From an archaeon (lineage in GTDB: Archaea; Iainarchaeota; Iainarchaeia; Iainarchaeales; GCA-2688035): 64,000 nucleotides of DNA. Shown in pieces: positions 29,737-39,884 of the stretch (positions within the stretch are counted from its first letter, which is position 1; each line of letters begins with the position of its first letter). The stretch covers positions 48,155 to 112,154 of the forward strand of contig DATDTD010000071.1 of NCBI GenBank assembly GCA_035290965.1, written 5' to 3'. Made by a program: the position numbers and the translations under genes. The notes below the pieces were generated by a model that ran no database searches, was not told the origin of the DNA, and saw only the letters and a list, made by a program, of their open reading frames with translations.

Positions 29737-31200
29737 ATGGAAAAAGAGCTTGCTTTGGCGTTTGATGACATTCTTCTTCTGCCCGGAGCTTCGAGCGTGC
29801 TTCCGAAAGATGCCGAGCTTAAAACACGGCTTACAAAAAAAATCTCCTTGAATATTCCGCTCATTGCGGCCGCAATGGACACTGTAACCGAAAGCCGGAC
29901 AGCAATTGCAATTGCAAGGCAGGGCGGCATTGGAATAATCCACAGGAATCTTTCCATTGAAAAACAGGCAGAGGAAGTAAAAAAAGTAAAAAATTCCGAA
30001 TTCTGGATAATCCACGAGCCTGTTACGCTTCACGAGAATGATTCTCTTTCAAAAATTTTCGAACTGCGGAAAAACTTAGGCATTGGAAGCTTTCCAGTTG
30101 TTGATGAAAACAAAAAGCTCGTTGGAATTGTCACTCAGCGCGATTTATGGCTGGAGAAAAACCCGGAAAAAAAGGTTTCTGAAGTAATGCAGAAAGACCT
30201 TGTTACAATCGACAAATTCATTTCGACTGAAAAGGCAAAAGAAATACTTCATGCACACAGGATTGAAAAGCTTCCAATTGTTGACGCAAAAGGGCATTTG
30301 AAGGGATTGATTACTGCGGGAGATATTGAAAAAAATGAAAAATATCCCAATGCCTTGAAGGACAAAAACGGCAGGCTTCTTGCAGGAGCGGCAATAGGGC
30401 CTTCTCCGAAAGAAATCGAAAGGCTGGAAAAGCTCATTGAAGCAGAGGTTGATGCAGTCGTGCTCGACACTGCGCACGGGCACAGCAAAATGGTAATTGA
30501 TGCCGTAAAAAAAATCAAAAAAGAATTTTCAGTTGAATTGATTGCGGGAAATGTCGCAACCGGAAAGGCAACAGAGGATTTGATTGCAGCAGGCGCAGAT
30601 GCAGTAAAAATCGGAGTTGGGCCGGGAAGCATCTGCACAACAAGAATAATTTCGGGAGTAGGGGTTCCCCAGTTTTCCGCTGTTCTTGAATGCGCAAAGG
30701 CAGCCGAAAAATATGATTGCCCGGTAATTGCAGACGGCGGAATAAGATATTCTGGAGACATTGCAAAAGCACTTGCAGCAGGCGCAAGCAGCGTAATGAT
30801 CGGAAGCCTTTTCGCGGGCTGCGAAGAAACACCAGGGAGAGTAATTTTCCTTGCGGGAAGAAAATTCAAGCAGTACAGGGGAATGGGCTCTCTGGGAGCA
30901 ATGACTGCAAGGGCGGATGCAAATGTCTGCGACAGGTATTTTCAGGGAAAGGAAATGGGAGAAAGCAAGCTTGTTCCGGAAGGAGTTGAAGGGCTTGTTT
31001 CATACAGGGGAACAATTGCAGAAGTTGTTTTCCATTTGCTCGGGGGAGTAAAAAGCGGAATGGGAATGGTGGGCGCAAAAACAATTTCCAATCTGCAGAA
31101 AGAAACAAAATGGTGCAGGATAACAAATGCAGGGCTGAAGGAAAGCCATCCGCATGACATTACAATAACAGAAGAGTCACAGGCATTCGAATCCAAATAA
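29737..31200 (+). CDS. guaB: IMP dehydrogenase with CBS pair
   Basis: MDTVTE, DTAHGHS, GVGPGSICTTR, ADGGI and YRGMGS. Confidence 0.97.
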   Translation: MEKELALAFDDILLLPGASSVLPKDAELKTRLTKKISLNIPLIAAAMDTVTESRTAIAIARQGGIGIIHRNLSIEKQAEEVKKVKNSEFWIIHEPVTLHENDSLSKIFELRKNLGIGSFPVVDENKKLVGIVTQRDLWLEKNPEKKVSEVMQKDLVTIDKFISTEKAKEILHAHRIEKLPIVDAKGHLKGLITAGDIEKNEKYPNALKDKNGRLLAGAAIGPSPKEIERLEKLIEAEVDAVVLDTAHGHSKMVIDAVKKIKKEFSVELIAGNVATGKATEDLIAAGADAVKIGVGPGSICTTRIISGVGVPQFSAVLECAKAAEKYDCPVIADGGIRYSGDIAKALAAGASSVMIGSLFAGCEETPGRVIFLAGRKFKQYRGMGSLGAMTARADANVCDRYFQGKEMGESKLVPEGVEGLVSYRGTIAEVVFHLLGGVKSGMGMVGAKTISNLQKETKWCRITNAGLKESHPHDITITEESQAFESK

Positions 31201-31224
31201 TGCAAAAAAAACAGGGTTTTTCCA

Positions 31225-32085
31225 ATGGCTGCAGAAATCCTTGACGGAAAAAAACTTTCGGAAAAAATCCTTGAAACAGCAAAAAAAGAAGCAGGGGAAT
31301 TAAAGCAAAAAGGAATTTCTCCCTGCCTCACAGTAATGCTTATAGGGGAACGCGAGGATTCAAAGCTGTATGTGGAAAAAAAGCAGGAAGCCTGCAAAAA
31401 AACAGGCATTGAATCAAAGGGAATTTTCCTTCCCGAAAATGTTTCCGAAAAAAAACTTCTTGAAGAAATAGAAAAATTAAATGCTGATTCTTCGGTGCAC
31501 GGCATCCTTGTACAGCTTCCTCTTCCAAGGCAGATTTCACAGGAAAAAATCCTGAACTCGGTTTCCCCCTCAAAGGATGTGGACGGATTTCACGCGCAGA
31601 ACATCGGAAGGCTTGCGCAGGGCATTGAGGATTTTGCAGGCTGCACTGCAAGCGGGATAATAAAACTGATTGAAAGCACGGGCACTGGAATAGAAGGCAA
31701 AAATGCCTGCATAATAAACGACACAATCGTAGTCGGAAAGCCTCTCGCCTTGATGCTCCTGAACAGGAACGCAACTGTGAGCATCTGCAACAAATTCACG
31801 AAAAACATTTCTGATTTCTCAAAAAAAGCAGACATTTTAGTAAGCGCAGTCGGCAAAAAAAACCTTGTTTCAAAGGAAATGATAAAGGAAGGCGCGATTG
31901 TAATTGACGCAGGGATTTGCGTTTCAGGCACTGAAGAAAAAAAGGTTTTTGGCGATGTTGATTTCACGGAAGCAAAAAAAATCGCTTCATGGATTACTCC
32001 CGTTCCGGGGGGAGTGGGGCCAATGACTGTTGCATGCCTGATGCAGAACACTATTATCGCGGCAAAAAAAATCTCGGGTGCCTGA
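31225..32085 (+). CDS. folD: Methylene-THF dehydrogenase/cyclohydrolase
   Basis: GILVQLPLP, KDVDGF, VGKP, GDVD and TPVPGGVGPMTV. Confidence 0.95.
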   Translation: MAAEILDGKKLSEKILETAKKEAGELKQKGISPCLTVMLIGEREDSKLYVEKKQEACKKTGIESKGIFLPENVSEKKLLEEIEKLNADSSVHGILVQLPLPRQISQEKILNSVSPSKDVDGFHAQNIGRLAQGIEDFAGCTASGIIKLIESTGTGIEGKNACIINDTIVVGKPLALMLLNRNATVSICNKFTKNISDFSKKADILVSAVGKKNLVSKEMIKEGAIVIDAGICVSGTEEKKVFGDVDFTEAKKIASWITPVPGGVGPMTVACLMQNTIIAAKKISGA

Positions 32086-32697
32086 ATGCTGAAAATCGGG
32101 GTTCTTGCAAGCACAAAGGCAAGTGATTTGCAGGCAGTAATAGATGCTATTGAAGCAAAAAAAATAAATGCGCAGATTGTGTGCGTGATTTCAAACAAGG
32201 AAGACGCTTTCGCGCTCGAGAGGGCGCGCACGCACGGCATTGAAACTGTTTTTTTAGACCCGAAAAAAATTCCCAAAAAGGAAAAATTCGATTCCCTGCT
32301 TGTTGAAGAGCTTGAAAAAAGAAAAGCAGAACTTGTTCTTTTGATTGGTTACAACAAAATCCTTACAAAAATTTTTGTGGATGCGTTCAAAAACCGTGCA
32401 ATGAACATCCATCCCGCACTGCTCCCTTCCTTTAAAGGATGGGACAGGAATGTGCATCAGGAAGTCCTTGATTCCGGAGTGAAAATAACAGGCTGCACTC
32501 TGCATTTTATTTCAGAAGAGGCCGATGAGGGGCCGATAATAATGCAGGCGCCTGTAAATGTTTCTGAAACAGAAACAGTTGATTCTCTCAAGGAAAAAGT
32601 CCAGAAGGTTGAACAGGAAATAATAGTAAAGGCAGTTAAATTGTTTGCAGAAGGAAAAATAAAAGTGCAGGGGAAAAAGGTGCATCTGCTTGGATAA
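32086..32697 (+). CDS. purN: Phosphoribosylglycinamide formyltransferase
   Basis: NIHPALLPSFKG, GCTLHF and DEGPII. Confidence 0.93.
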   Translation: MLKIGVLASTKASDLQAVIDAIEAKKINAQIVCVISNKEDAFALERARTHGIETVFLDPKKIPKKEKFDSLLVEELEKRKAELVLLIGYNKILTKIFVDAFKNRAMNIHPALLPSFKGWDRNVHQEVLDSGVKITGCTLHFISEEADEGPIIMQAPVNVSETETVDSLKEKVQKVEQEIIVKAVKLFAEGKIKVQGKKVHLLG

Positions 32698-34252
32698 TGT
32701 AAAAATCAAAACCGCGCTTTTGAGCGTGACAGACAAAACAGGGCTGGAAAAATTCGCAAAAAGCCTCAGCGCGCTCGGAATAAATCTGATTGCAACTGGC
32801 GGGACTTTCAAGGCTATTGAAAACGCAAAAATTTCAGTCAAAAAAATAGAGGACATTACTGGATTTCCTGAAATTCTTGAAGGGCGAGTAAAAACACTTC
32901 ATCCCGCAATTCATGCAGGGATACTCGCGGATAAAAACAAGAAAGAGCATCTCGAAACACTTGAAAAGCACAAAATAACTCCCATTGATTTGATAGTGAT
33001 AAACCTTTACCAGTTCAAAGAAACAATTGCAAAAAAGGATTTTTCCTTTGAAGATGCGGTTGAAAACATTGACATTGGCGGCCCTGCAATGATACGGGCT
33101 GCGGCAAAAAACCACGGAAGCGCGGCAATAGTAACCTCCCCCAAGCAATATGATGCGATTATTGAAGAGCTTGAAAAAAACAATTCGTGCATTTCCCTTG
33201 AAACAAGGAAAAAGCTCGCTGCAAAAGCATTCGAGGAAACAGCGGCGTATGATTCTGCAATAAGCCTTTTCCTTTCAAAAAAGTTTTTCGGAAAGGATTT
33301 TTTTCCTGAAAAAATTTCGCTTTCATTCGAAAAAATCCAGGAACTGAGATACGGGGAAAACTGGCACCAGAAAGCGGCTTTTTACAAAAGCCAGTTTCCT
33401 GAAAATGCCTGCATTGCAAATGCAAAACAGGTTCACGGAAAAGAGCTTTCATACAACAATATTTTAGATGCGAACACTGCAGTAGAAATCGCAAAGGAAT
33501 TCAAAGAGCCGAGCGCAGTAATAATAAAGCACACTAATCCATGCGGAGTGGCATCTGATTCTGAAATTTCAGAAGCATTCAGAAAGGCACTTGAATGCGA
33601 TTCAACAAGCGCATTCGGGGGAATAATCGCGCTGAACAGGGAATGCGATTTGGAAACAGCAAATCAGATTGCATCTTTTTTCAACGAAATAGTTATTGCT
33701 CCGGGCTTTGAAAAAGGCGCGCTTGAAATCCTGGAGAAAAAGGAAAACCTGCGCATTCTCGAACTGCAGGGAATAGAAAATTTTGAAAACTCTGATGCAA
33801 TTGATTTCAGGGCAGTAAAAGGCGGAGCTCTCCTGCAGACAACTGACAATCACACCTTGAAAGAAAGCGATTGCAAAATTGTTTCCGAAAGAAAGCCGAC
33901 TGAAAACGAAAATAAGGATCTGCTATTTGCATGGATAGTCGCAAAATATGCAAAGAGCAATGCAATTGTTCTTGCAAAAAACCTTGCAACAGTCGGAGTA
34001 GGGGCGGGACAGATGTCAAGGATTGATTCAACAGAAATAGCAGTGAAAAAATCAATGGGAAAGCACAAGGGAAGCGTGCTTGCTTCCGATGCATTTTTTC
34101 CTTTCAGGGACAATGTAGACCTTGCCGCAGAAGCGGGGATAACTGCAATAATACAGCCCGGAGGCTCGGTAAAGGATAAGGAAGTAATAGAAGCCGCTGA
34201 TGCGCACAAAATAGCAATGATTTTTACTGGAACGCGGCACTTCAAGCATTGA
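32690..34252 (+). CDS. purH: Bifunctional AICAR transformylase/IMP cyclohydrolase
   Basis: ALLSVTDK, GRVKTLHP, IDIGGP, LRYGEN, KHTNPCG, ASDAFFPF and RHFKH. Confidence 0.97.
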   Translation: MDNVKIKTALLSVTDKTGLEKFAKSLSALGINLIATGGTFKAIENAKISVKKIEDITGFPEILEGRVKTLHPAIHAGILADKNKKEHLETLEKHKITPIDLIVINLYQFKETIAKKDFSFEDAVENIDIGGPAMIRAAAKNHGSAAIVTSPKQYDAIIEELEKNNSCISLETRKKLAAKAFEETAAYDSAISLFLSKKFFGKDFFPEKISLSFEKIQELRYGENWHQKAAFYKSQFPENACIANAKQVHGKELSYNNILDANTAVEIAKEFKEPSAVIIKHTNPCGVASDSEISEAFRKALECDSTSAFGGIIALNRECDLETANQIASFFNEIVIAPGFEKGALEILEKKENLRILELQGIENFENSDAIDFRAVKGGALLQTTDNHTLKESDCKIVSERKPTENENKDLLFAWIVAKYAKSNAIVLAKNLATVGVGAGQMSRIDSTEIAVKKSMGKHKGSVLASDAFFPFRDNVDLAAEAGITAIIQPGGSVKDKEVIEAADAHKIAMIFTGTRHFKH

Positions 34253-34261
34253 ATAACTGCT

Positions 34262-35527
34262 TCACATCATTATTGTTTTCTGCCTTTCGGCGCCTATTGA
34301 AACAATTGAAATTTTTGTTTTCAGTTCCTTCTCAATGAATTTTATGTATTTTTTCGCGTTTGTGTCAAGCTCTTCAAAGCTTTTTTCGTTTCCGCTGATT
34401 TCAAATCCCCTGAATTCTTTGAAGACAGGAGTGCATTCGGAAATTTTTTCCACATCAGCGGGAACTTCACTTGTTTTTTTTCCTTCAAGAATATAATCAG
34501 TGCAGACATTCAGTTTTTCTATTCCGCTAAGCACATCGGCTTTTGTAAGCGCGATTTCATCCGTACCATTAAGCCTGTTCGCAGTCCGCAATAAAACCAA
34601 ATCCAGCCAGCCCACTCTTCTCGGCCTTCCCGTTGTTGTCCCGAATTCGTTTCCCTGCTTTCTTATTTTGTCGCCCAGCTCGTTTTTGAGTTCAGTCACA
34701 AAAGGGCCTTCTCCCACTCTTGTAGTATAGGCTTTTGCAACTCCGATTACCTTGTCGATTGTGTTTGCTCCCAGGCCGATTCCGACAAGCGCGCCTCCCG
34801 CAGTCGGATGTGAGCTTGTGACAAAAGGATACGTCCCGAAACTGTTATCGAGAAAAGTTCCCTGGGCGCCCTCAAGCAAAACCTCTTTTTTCGCGGTTAT
34901 GGAATTGCTTATTTCAAGGGAAACATCGCCGTAAAACTTGCTTAAGATTTTTCCGAACTCAGAATATTCCGCAAAAATTTTTTCCTCTGAAAAATCGGCT
35001 TCGAGATTCATTTCAAATACTTTTTCAAGGATTTTCTTGTTTAAAGCAAAACAGGATTTTATTTTTTGGGAAAGCCTTTTTTCATCGACCAGATCCGCAA
35101 ATCTTATTCCGGTTCTTGCCGCACTGTCAGAATAGCACGGGCCAATTCCCCTCCCTGTTGTCCCGATTTTGCAGTTCCCCTTGTTTTTTTCGCTCGCGCA
35201 GTCAAGCAGGCCGTGCCATGGCATTATTATCTGGGCGCGCGGATCAATAAGCAGGTCGATTTCATTTTTTCCGAATTCCTCTATTTCCTTTATCAGCACG
35301 CGCGGGTCAATGACTGTTCCTGCGCCTATGCAACATTTTTTTCCGTGAACCAGCCCGCTCGGAAGCAGGTGAAATTTGTATTCCCTGTCTCCCGCAACAA
35401 CAGTGTGCCCCGCGTTGTTGCCTCCGTTGTAACGCGCGACAACATCAGCCTTTTCAGAAAAAAAATCAGTTATTTTGCCCTTTCCCTCATCGCCGAACTG
35501 CAGACCCACAATAACAGTTGTTGCCAA
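34262..35527 (-). CDS. purA: Adenylosuccinate synthetase
   Basis: QFGDEGKGK, GGNNAGHT, GTTGRGIGP, EGAQG and TTTGRPRR. Confidence 0.97.
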   Translation of the reverse strand: MATTVIVGLQFGDEGKGKITDFFSEKADVVARYNGGNNAGHTVVAGDREYKFHLLPSGLVHGKKCCIGAGTVIDPRVLIKEIEEFGKNEIDLLIDPRAQIIMPWHGLLDCASEKNKGNCKIGTTGRGIGPCYSDSAARTGIRFADLVDEKRLSQKIKSCFALNKKILEKVFEMNLEADFSEEKIFAEYSEFGKILSKFYGDVSLEISNSITAKKEVLLEGAQGTFLDNSFGTYPFVTSSHPTAGGALVGIGLGANTIDKVIGVAKAYTTRVGEGPFVTELKNELGDKIRKQGNEFGTTTGRPRRVGWLDLVLLRTANRLNGTDEIALTKADVLSGIEKLNVCTDYILEGKKTSEVPADVEKISECTPVFKEFRGFEISGNEKSFEELDTNAKKYIKFIEKELKTKISIVSIGAERQKTIMM

Positions 35528-35618
35528 AAAATCCCTACTAACACAGACAGGAAAGAATTTAAAAACCTAATTTGATTTTCACGCCAAGGCAAAAGCAAAA
35601 AGCGTGCAAAGAAGGCAA

Positions 35619-35695
35619 TTGTATATACAAATGCTGTTTTTTGGCGCTTTATTTCCAAAATGCCTGCGGAAAGGCTTTTATACATCAAATGTATA
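35619..35695. promoter_or_regulatory. Palindromic sites between divergent purA and an RHH gene
   Basis: TTGTATATACAA at 35619-35630 and TATACAT-caa-ATGTATA at 35679-35695. Confidence 0.5.
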
Positions 35696-35704
35696 TATGT
35701 TTGC

Positions 35705-35950
35705 ATGGCGAACAGGCTTATTACTCTGCGATTGGGGAACAAGCTCCTGAAGGAAATAGACACAAGGCTTGAGAACTCTTCTTTTGAAAACCGCACTGAA
35801 TTCATCAGGCATGCAGTGCGCTCGCTGCTCAAGGAAATGGACAGCAGCTCTCTTGAAGAAACTGAAGAAAGAGCTGTTGAAAAAACAGCAAAAGGAAAAA
35901 AGAGCGGCTTTGCTGAAGAAATCATTGAAGAGCTGCGCTATGTGCGCTAG
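35705..35950 (+). CDS. CopG/ribbon-helix-helix DNA-binding protein
   Basis: LITLRLGNKLLKEID...NRTEFIRHAVR is a typical RHH pattern. Confidence 0.85.
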   Translation: MANRLITLRLGNKLLKEIDTRLENSSFENRTEFIRHAVRSLLKEMDSSSLEETEERAVEKTAKGKKSGFAEEIIEELRYVR

Positions 35951-37209
35951 CGCTTCAAAGCCTTTTTTCCTATGTCCTTGCGGAAGTGCATTTTTTCAAA
36001 AGATATTTTTGAAACAGCCGAATAAGCATTTTGAATGGATTCCTCAATTGTTTTTCCAAGAGCGCTTACTCCAAGAACCCTTCCGCCGTTTGTAAGGATT
36101 TTTCCGTTCTCTGTTTTTGTGCCCGCATGGAAAACAATTGCGCTGCCTGTTTTCTGCAAGCCGAAGATTTCCTTATTTTTTTCATAATGCCCGGGATAGC
36201 CCCCCGAGGCGAGAACAACGCATGTGCAGGGATTTTCGCCCCAGAAAATTTTTTTTTCCGCGAGCTTTCCTTCTATGCATGCAAGCATTATTTCCACAAT
36301 GTCTGATTCCATTCTTGGAAGAATTGCCTGTGTTTCAGGGTCTCCGAAGCGCGCATTGAACTCAATGACTTTTGCCTCTCCGCCTTTTATCATTAAGCCG
36401 GCATACAAAACCCCTTTGTAAGGAGTGCCTTCCGAGCGCATTGCATTGATTGTTTTCTGCATTATTCCCTGCAGAATTTTTTTTTCAACGGCTTTTGAAA
36501 CAACAGGCGCAGGGGAATAAGCGCCCATTCCGCCCGTATTCGGGCCTTTGTCATCGTCAAAAACCTGCTTGTGGTCCTGGCTTGAAACAAGCGGCAGAAT
36601 GTTTTTTCCGTCCGAGAATGCAAAATAGCTTGCCTCTTCCCCTTCGAGAAATTCCTCTAGAAGAATTTTTTCTCCCGCGCTGCCGAATGCCTTTTCAACC
36701 ATTATTTTTTTCACTGCATTCTCAGCCTCTGAAACAGAATTGCAGATAATGACTCCTTTTCCGAGCGCAAGGCCGTCTGCCTTCACTACAATCGGAGCGC
36801 CTTTTTTTTTCACAAAAGCAACCGCTTCTTCGGGAGAAGAAAACTCCTGCGCAAATGCAGTCGGAATATTGTATTTCTGCATGAGTTTTTTTGCAAAAAT
36901 CTTGCTGCTCTCAATCATTGCGGCTTTTTTGCCTGGCCCGAAAATTTTCATTCCCTTTGCTTCAAACTCGTCAACTATTCCCAAAGCGAGGGAATTGTCG
37001 GGGCCTACAACAGTCAGGCTGATTTTTTCCTTCCGGACAAAATCCAAGAGCGCTTTAATATCTTCCGCATTTATCGGAATGTTTTCCGCAATCTGCGATG
37101 TTCCTGCATTTCCAGGGGCACAGAAAAGCTTTTCACATTGCGCGCTCTGCCTTATTTTCCATGCAAGCGCATGCTCGCGCCCTCCGCTCCCGATGAGAAG
37201 GATTTTCAT
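35947..37209 (-). CDS. purD: Phosphoribosylamine--glycine ligase
   Basis: GSGGREHAL, KADGLALGKGV, GPNTGGMG, RFGDPETQ and GGRVL. Confidence 0.97.
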   Translation of the reverse strand: MKILLIGSGGREHALAWKIRQSAQCEKLFCAPGNAGTSQIAENIPINAEDIKALLDFVRKEKISLTVVGPDNSLALGIVDEFEAKGMKIFGPGKKAAMIESSKIFAKKLMQKYNIPTAFAQEFSSPEEAVAFVKKKGAPIVVKADGLALGKGVIICNSVSEAENAVKKIMVEKAFGSAGEKILLEEFLEGEEASYFAFSDGKNILPLVSSQDHKQVFDDDKGPNTGGMGAYSPAPVVSKAVEKKILQGIMQKTINAMRSEGTPYKGVLYAGLMIKGGEAKVIEFNARFGDPETQAILPRMESDIVEIMLACIEGKLAEKKIFWGENPCTCVVLASGGYPGHYEKNKEIFGLQKTGSAIVFHAGTKTENGKILTNGGRVLGVSALGKTIEESIQNAYSAVSKISFEKMHFRKDIGKKALKR

Positions 37210-37228
37210 TTCAGGCACCTTAACTTTT

Positions 37229-38029
37229 TTAATCACGAATTTTAGTCAGTTTTATCAATCCATTTTCTTCCCATTTATCAATTTTAAAACCGAGTTTTTC
37301 AATATCCCTTTTTGAAATATCATTAGACAAATAAACAATATGATAGCTTTTCCCGCCTTTTCTTGTCATTGCAGCGGCATTCGCAAGCGCTTTCAAGGCA
37401 TCCTCTTTTTCCAGAACCTGCGGATCTAAAAATCCAATCGAATAAGTCACGTCGAATTTTCCAATTTTTCTTATTTCAGGATTTGTAGCATCAGCACCGT
37501 GAATTACGCCAAGCCTTTTATCTTTTGTCATTTCTTTGGAAAAATACCCTATGTCAATACCCCTTGTTTTTGCACGCATAAAATTCCTTAAAAAAAACAA
37601 AGTCGGCGCAAAGCCAACGCCGAAGCCGAACACTTTCAGGCCCCTTGTTCTGCCGAAATCAGTAATAATTTCTTCAGTAATCTCAAAATTTGTTACGACA
37701 TGCCCGACAACACTCCCAAGAGCATCCCTATGTGTTAACTTAATCATCCTCTCAATTCCCTCCAACTCTTCAATAGTTTTTGCTGTTCCTAATAAGGACA
37801 GCAGCATTCGCAGGTGCCTCTCGCTTTTTCTGTCCAATCGTTCAGCTTGCGCAGAAATTTTCCTGCCATATGCTTCCATTAACTGTTCATATCTTTCAAA
37901 AGTCAGCGGCAGTTTTCTTCCGGGCTTAACAACTGCCTTTGGCCTGCCTTTCCTCAGTCTGTATTCACCCCATGCCTTTACATGCCCTGCCTGCGGGTTT
38001 CTTCTCAAATTTGCGGGAATTTTTGCCAT
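37229..38029 (-). CDS. Class I SAM-methyltransferase-like protein with a basic N-terminal extension
   Basis: KVFGFGVG (motif I-like), GIDI, KFDVTYS and RKGG. Confidence 0.6.
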   Translation of the reverse strand: MAKIPANLRRNPQAGHVKAWGEYRLRKGRPKAVVKPGRKLPLTFERYEQLMEAYGRKISAQAERLDRKSERHLRMLLSLLGTAKTIEELEGIERMIKLTHRDALGSVVGHVVTNFEITEEIITDFGRTRGLKVFGFGVGFAPTLFFLRNFMRAKTRGIDIGYFSKEMTKDKRLGVIHGADATNPEIRKIGKFDVTYSIGFLDPQVLEKEDALKALANAAAMTRKGGKSYHIVYLSNDISKRDIEKLGFKIDKWEENGLIKLTKIRD

Positions 38030-38032
38030 AAG

Positions 38033-38590
38033 TCAAGCACCGATTATTCTTTCCTCTGTGATTATTTTGTCCATTTTCTCGTCATGGCTGCTGCCCTGAA
38101 TGCTTTCCTCAATGTTGCATTCAAAGGCAAGCCCGATTTTTTTCGCGCCCTTTCTTGTTCCGCGAAGAAACCTGTCGAAAAAGCCTTTTCCATAACCAAG
38201 GCGGGCTCTCTGCAAATCAAATGCGACTCCGGGCACAATAATAAGGTCAAGCTCCTGTGCAGGAATCTCTTTTCCCGATTCAGGCTCTAACAGGCCAAAT
38301 TTTTTTTCCTCAAGCGCTGCAAGAGAGGTTATCTTTACTGCGCGCATTGAATTTTTTTCAAAATCAGAAAGCGGCACAGCAACAATTTTTCCGAGCGAAA
38401 GCGCCTCTTGAATCATTTCCCTTGTGGAAACCTCGCTCTTAAAAGAAACATAAAAAAGGATTTTTTTTGCCTGCAAAAATTCGGGAAGGAAAAAAAGCAT
38501 TTGCTTTATTGCAAGGCTTTTTTCGAGAATTTGTTTTTCTGAAAGAGAATTTCTTTTCTCAAGATTCTGCAGTCTCAAAAGCTCTTTCAT
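38033..38590 (-). CDS. 5-formyltetrahydrofolate cyclo-ligase
   Basis: SEVST, FGLLEP, LIIVPGVAFD, RLGYGKGFFDR and HD..MDKIITE. Confidence 0.93.
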   Translation of the reverse strand: MKELLRLQNLEKRNSLSEKQILEKSLAIKQMLFFLPEFLQAKKILFYVSFKSEVSTREMIQEALSLGKIVAVPLSDFEKNSMRAVKITSLAALEEKKFGLLEPESGKEIPAQELDLIIVPGVAFDLQRARLGYGKGFFDRFLRGTRKGAKKIGLAFECNIEESIQGSSHDEKMDKIITEERIIGA

Positions 38591-38597
38591 AAAAATC

Positions 38598-38906
38598 TCA
38601 TTTGAAATCAAAAACCAACTGGTCGGGATGCCCCTTTTGGATTTCACGCAGTTTTTCAAAAATTGCCCTTGCCTGTTCAGGATTCCTTGAACCCGACTCT
38701 TTCAGAAATTTTCTGCATTCGGACAAAAAAGCCCTGTTCTCCTTGTGCCACTTTGGATTTTTTTTTGAATATTCAAAAATAGAAAGAACAGCCTTCACTG
38801 CATTGGCAGTAAATTTCGATTGCCGCCTGCGCGGCTTTTGGGCGCGCGAAGAAAGGCTCCACTTCCTATCTCTGGGCTTTCTCGGGGGCTTTGGGATTCC
38901 GGCCAT
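38598..38906 (-). CDS. Basic hypothetical protein
   Basis: Begins MAGIPKPPRKPRDRK; fills an intergenic gap. Confidence 0.55.
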   Translation of the reverse strand: MAGIPKPPRKPRDRKWSLSSRAQKPRRRQSKFTANAVKAVLSIFEYSKKNPKWHKENRAFLSECRKFLKESGSRNPEQARAIFEKLREIQKGHPDQLVFDFK

Positions 38907-38959
38907 AGAATAAAGGAACAAGAGAAGTTTTGAAAAAGCCTTTCTTTTGTGCAGGAGAA

Positions 38960-39772
38960 TCACAGCAACGCGGCGGCAGCCTCGAAATCCTTTTTTGTGT
39001 TTATATTGAAATACTTTCCCTGAAAAGGATAGCCGAACAAAAGCCCTTTTTCCGCAAGCTTTGGGAACAGGTCTTTTTCAATGCTCTGCATTCCCTTTGA
39101 CAAAAACTTGAAAATTTCCGGCTCAAAGAGAAAATAGCCTGCGTTAATCAAATAAGAATGCGCTGCGCTCTTTGGCTTTTCCGAAAACTCAGTAATCTTG
39201 TTGCCCTGCAAAACAGCCACTCCAAAATCCTTTGGGTTGCTTACGGTTGTAAGAGCCATTGTTGCAAGCGCATTGTTTTTCCTGTGAAAAGAAAGCATGT
39301 CATTGATGTTTATAGAGGCAATCGTATCGGCATACGCAACAAGAAAAGTGTCTTTCAAAGAGGACTTTGCCATTAACAAAGGCTTTATTGTCCCTGTGGG
39401 CTTTTCAGCGCTGAGGAAATCAACCGAGAAAGGGAGTTTGCGCGGCTGCATTTCAAGCATTATTTCCCTTGCAAAGGAATCAGCATAAACAATGAAATTG
39501 TTGACATTATAGCCGTGGATTTCCTCCATTGCAAGCTGGATTACTGGCTTGCCCTTTATTTTCAGCAAAAACTTCGGCATATTGTTCAGGAGAAGAGAGC
39601 TTTTTTTTCCGCCGGCAAGCATGAGCGCAGTCTGCAGCCTGTAATCGGAAAGAAACTTGCTCAGAAGGAATTCGAAAGCCTGGCTCCTGCTCCTGATTGT
39701 GAGCCCGTCGACAAGCCTGTCGACCTGGGAAAGCAAATCCTCTTTCACTGTTATTGTGACGCGCTCCCTCAC
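38960..39772 (-). CDS. RHH domain fused to a degenerate sugar-phosphate nucleotidyltransferase domain
   Basis: N-terminal RVTITVKEDLLSQVD...SRSQAFE (RHH), then LAGGKKSS, PKFLL, FGVAVL, FSEKP and INAGYFLF. Confidence 0.85.
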   Translation of the reverse strand: MRERVTITVKEDLLSQVDRLVDGLTIRSRSQAFEFLLSKFLSDYRLQTALMLAGGKKSSLLLNNMPKFLLKIKGKPVIQLAMEEIHGYNVNNFIVYADSFAREIMLEMQPRKLPFSVDFLSAEKPTGTIKPLLMAKSSLKDTFLVAYADTIASININDMLSFHRKNNALATMALTTVSNPKDFGVAVLQGNKITEFSEKPKSAAHSYLINAGYFLFEPEIFKFLSKGMQSIEKDLFPKLAEKGLLFGYPFQGKYFNINTKKDFEAAAALL

Positions 39773-39806
39773 AAAAACACTCCTTTTGGTACATCAATAA
39801 AAAAGT

Positions 39807-39832
39807 TCATACATTATCATACTATGTATGAT
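39807..39832. promoter_or_regulatory. Candidate operator in a divergent promoter
   Basis: ATCATAC-tat-GTATGAT at 39816-39832, plus an extra TCATAC half-site at 39807-39812. Confidence 0.55.
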
Positions 39833-39884
39833 GCAGTCACAAATTTAAAAACCTTTTGCAAATCCCTTCTTTCAGGTGATTGGG

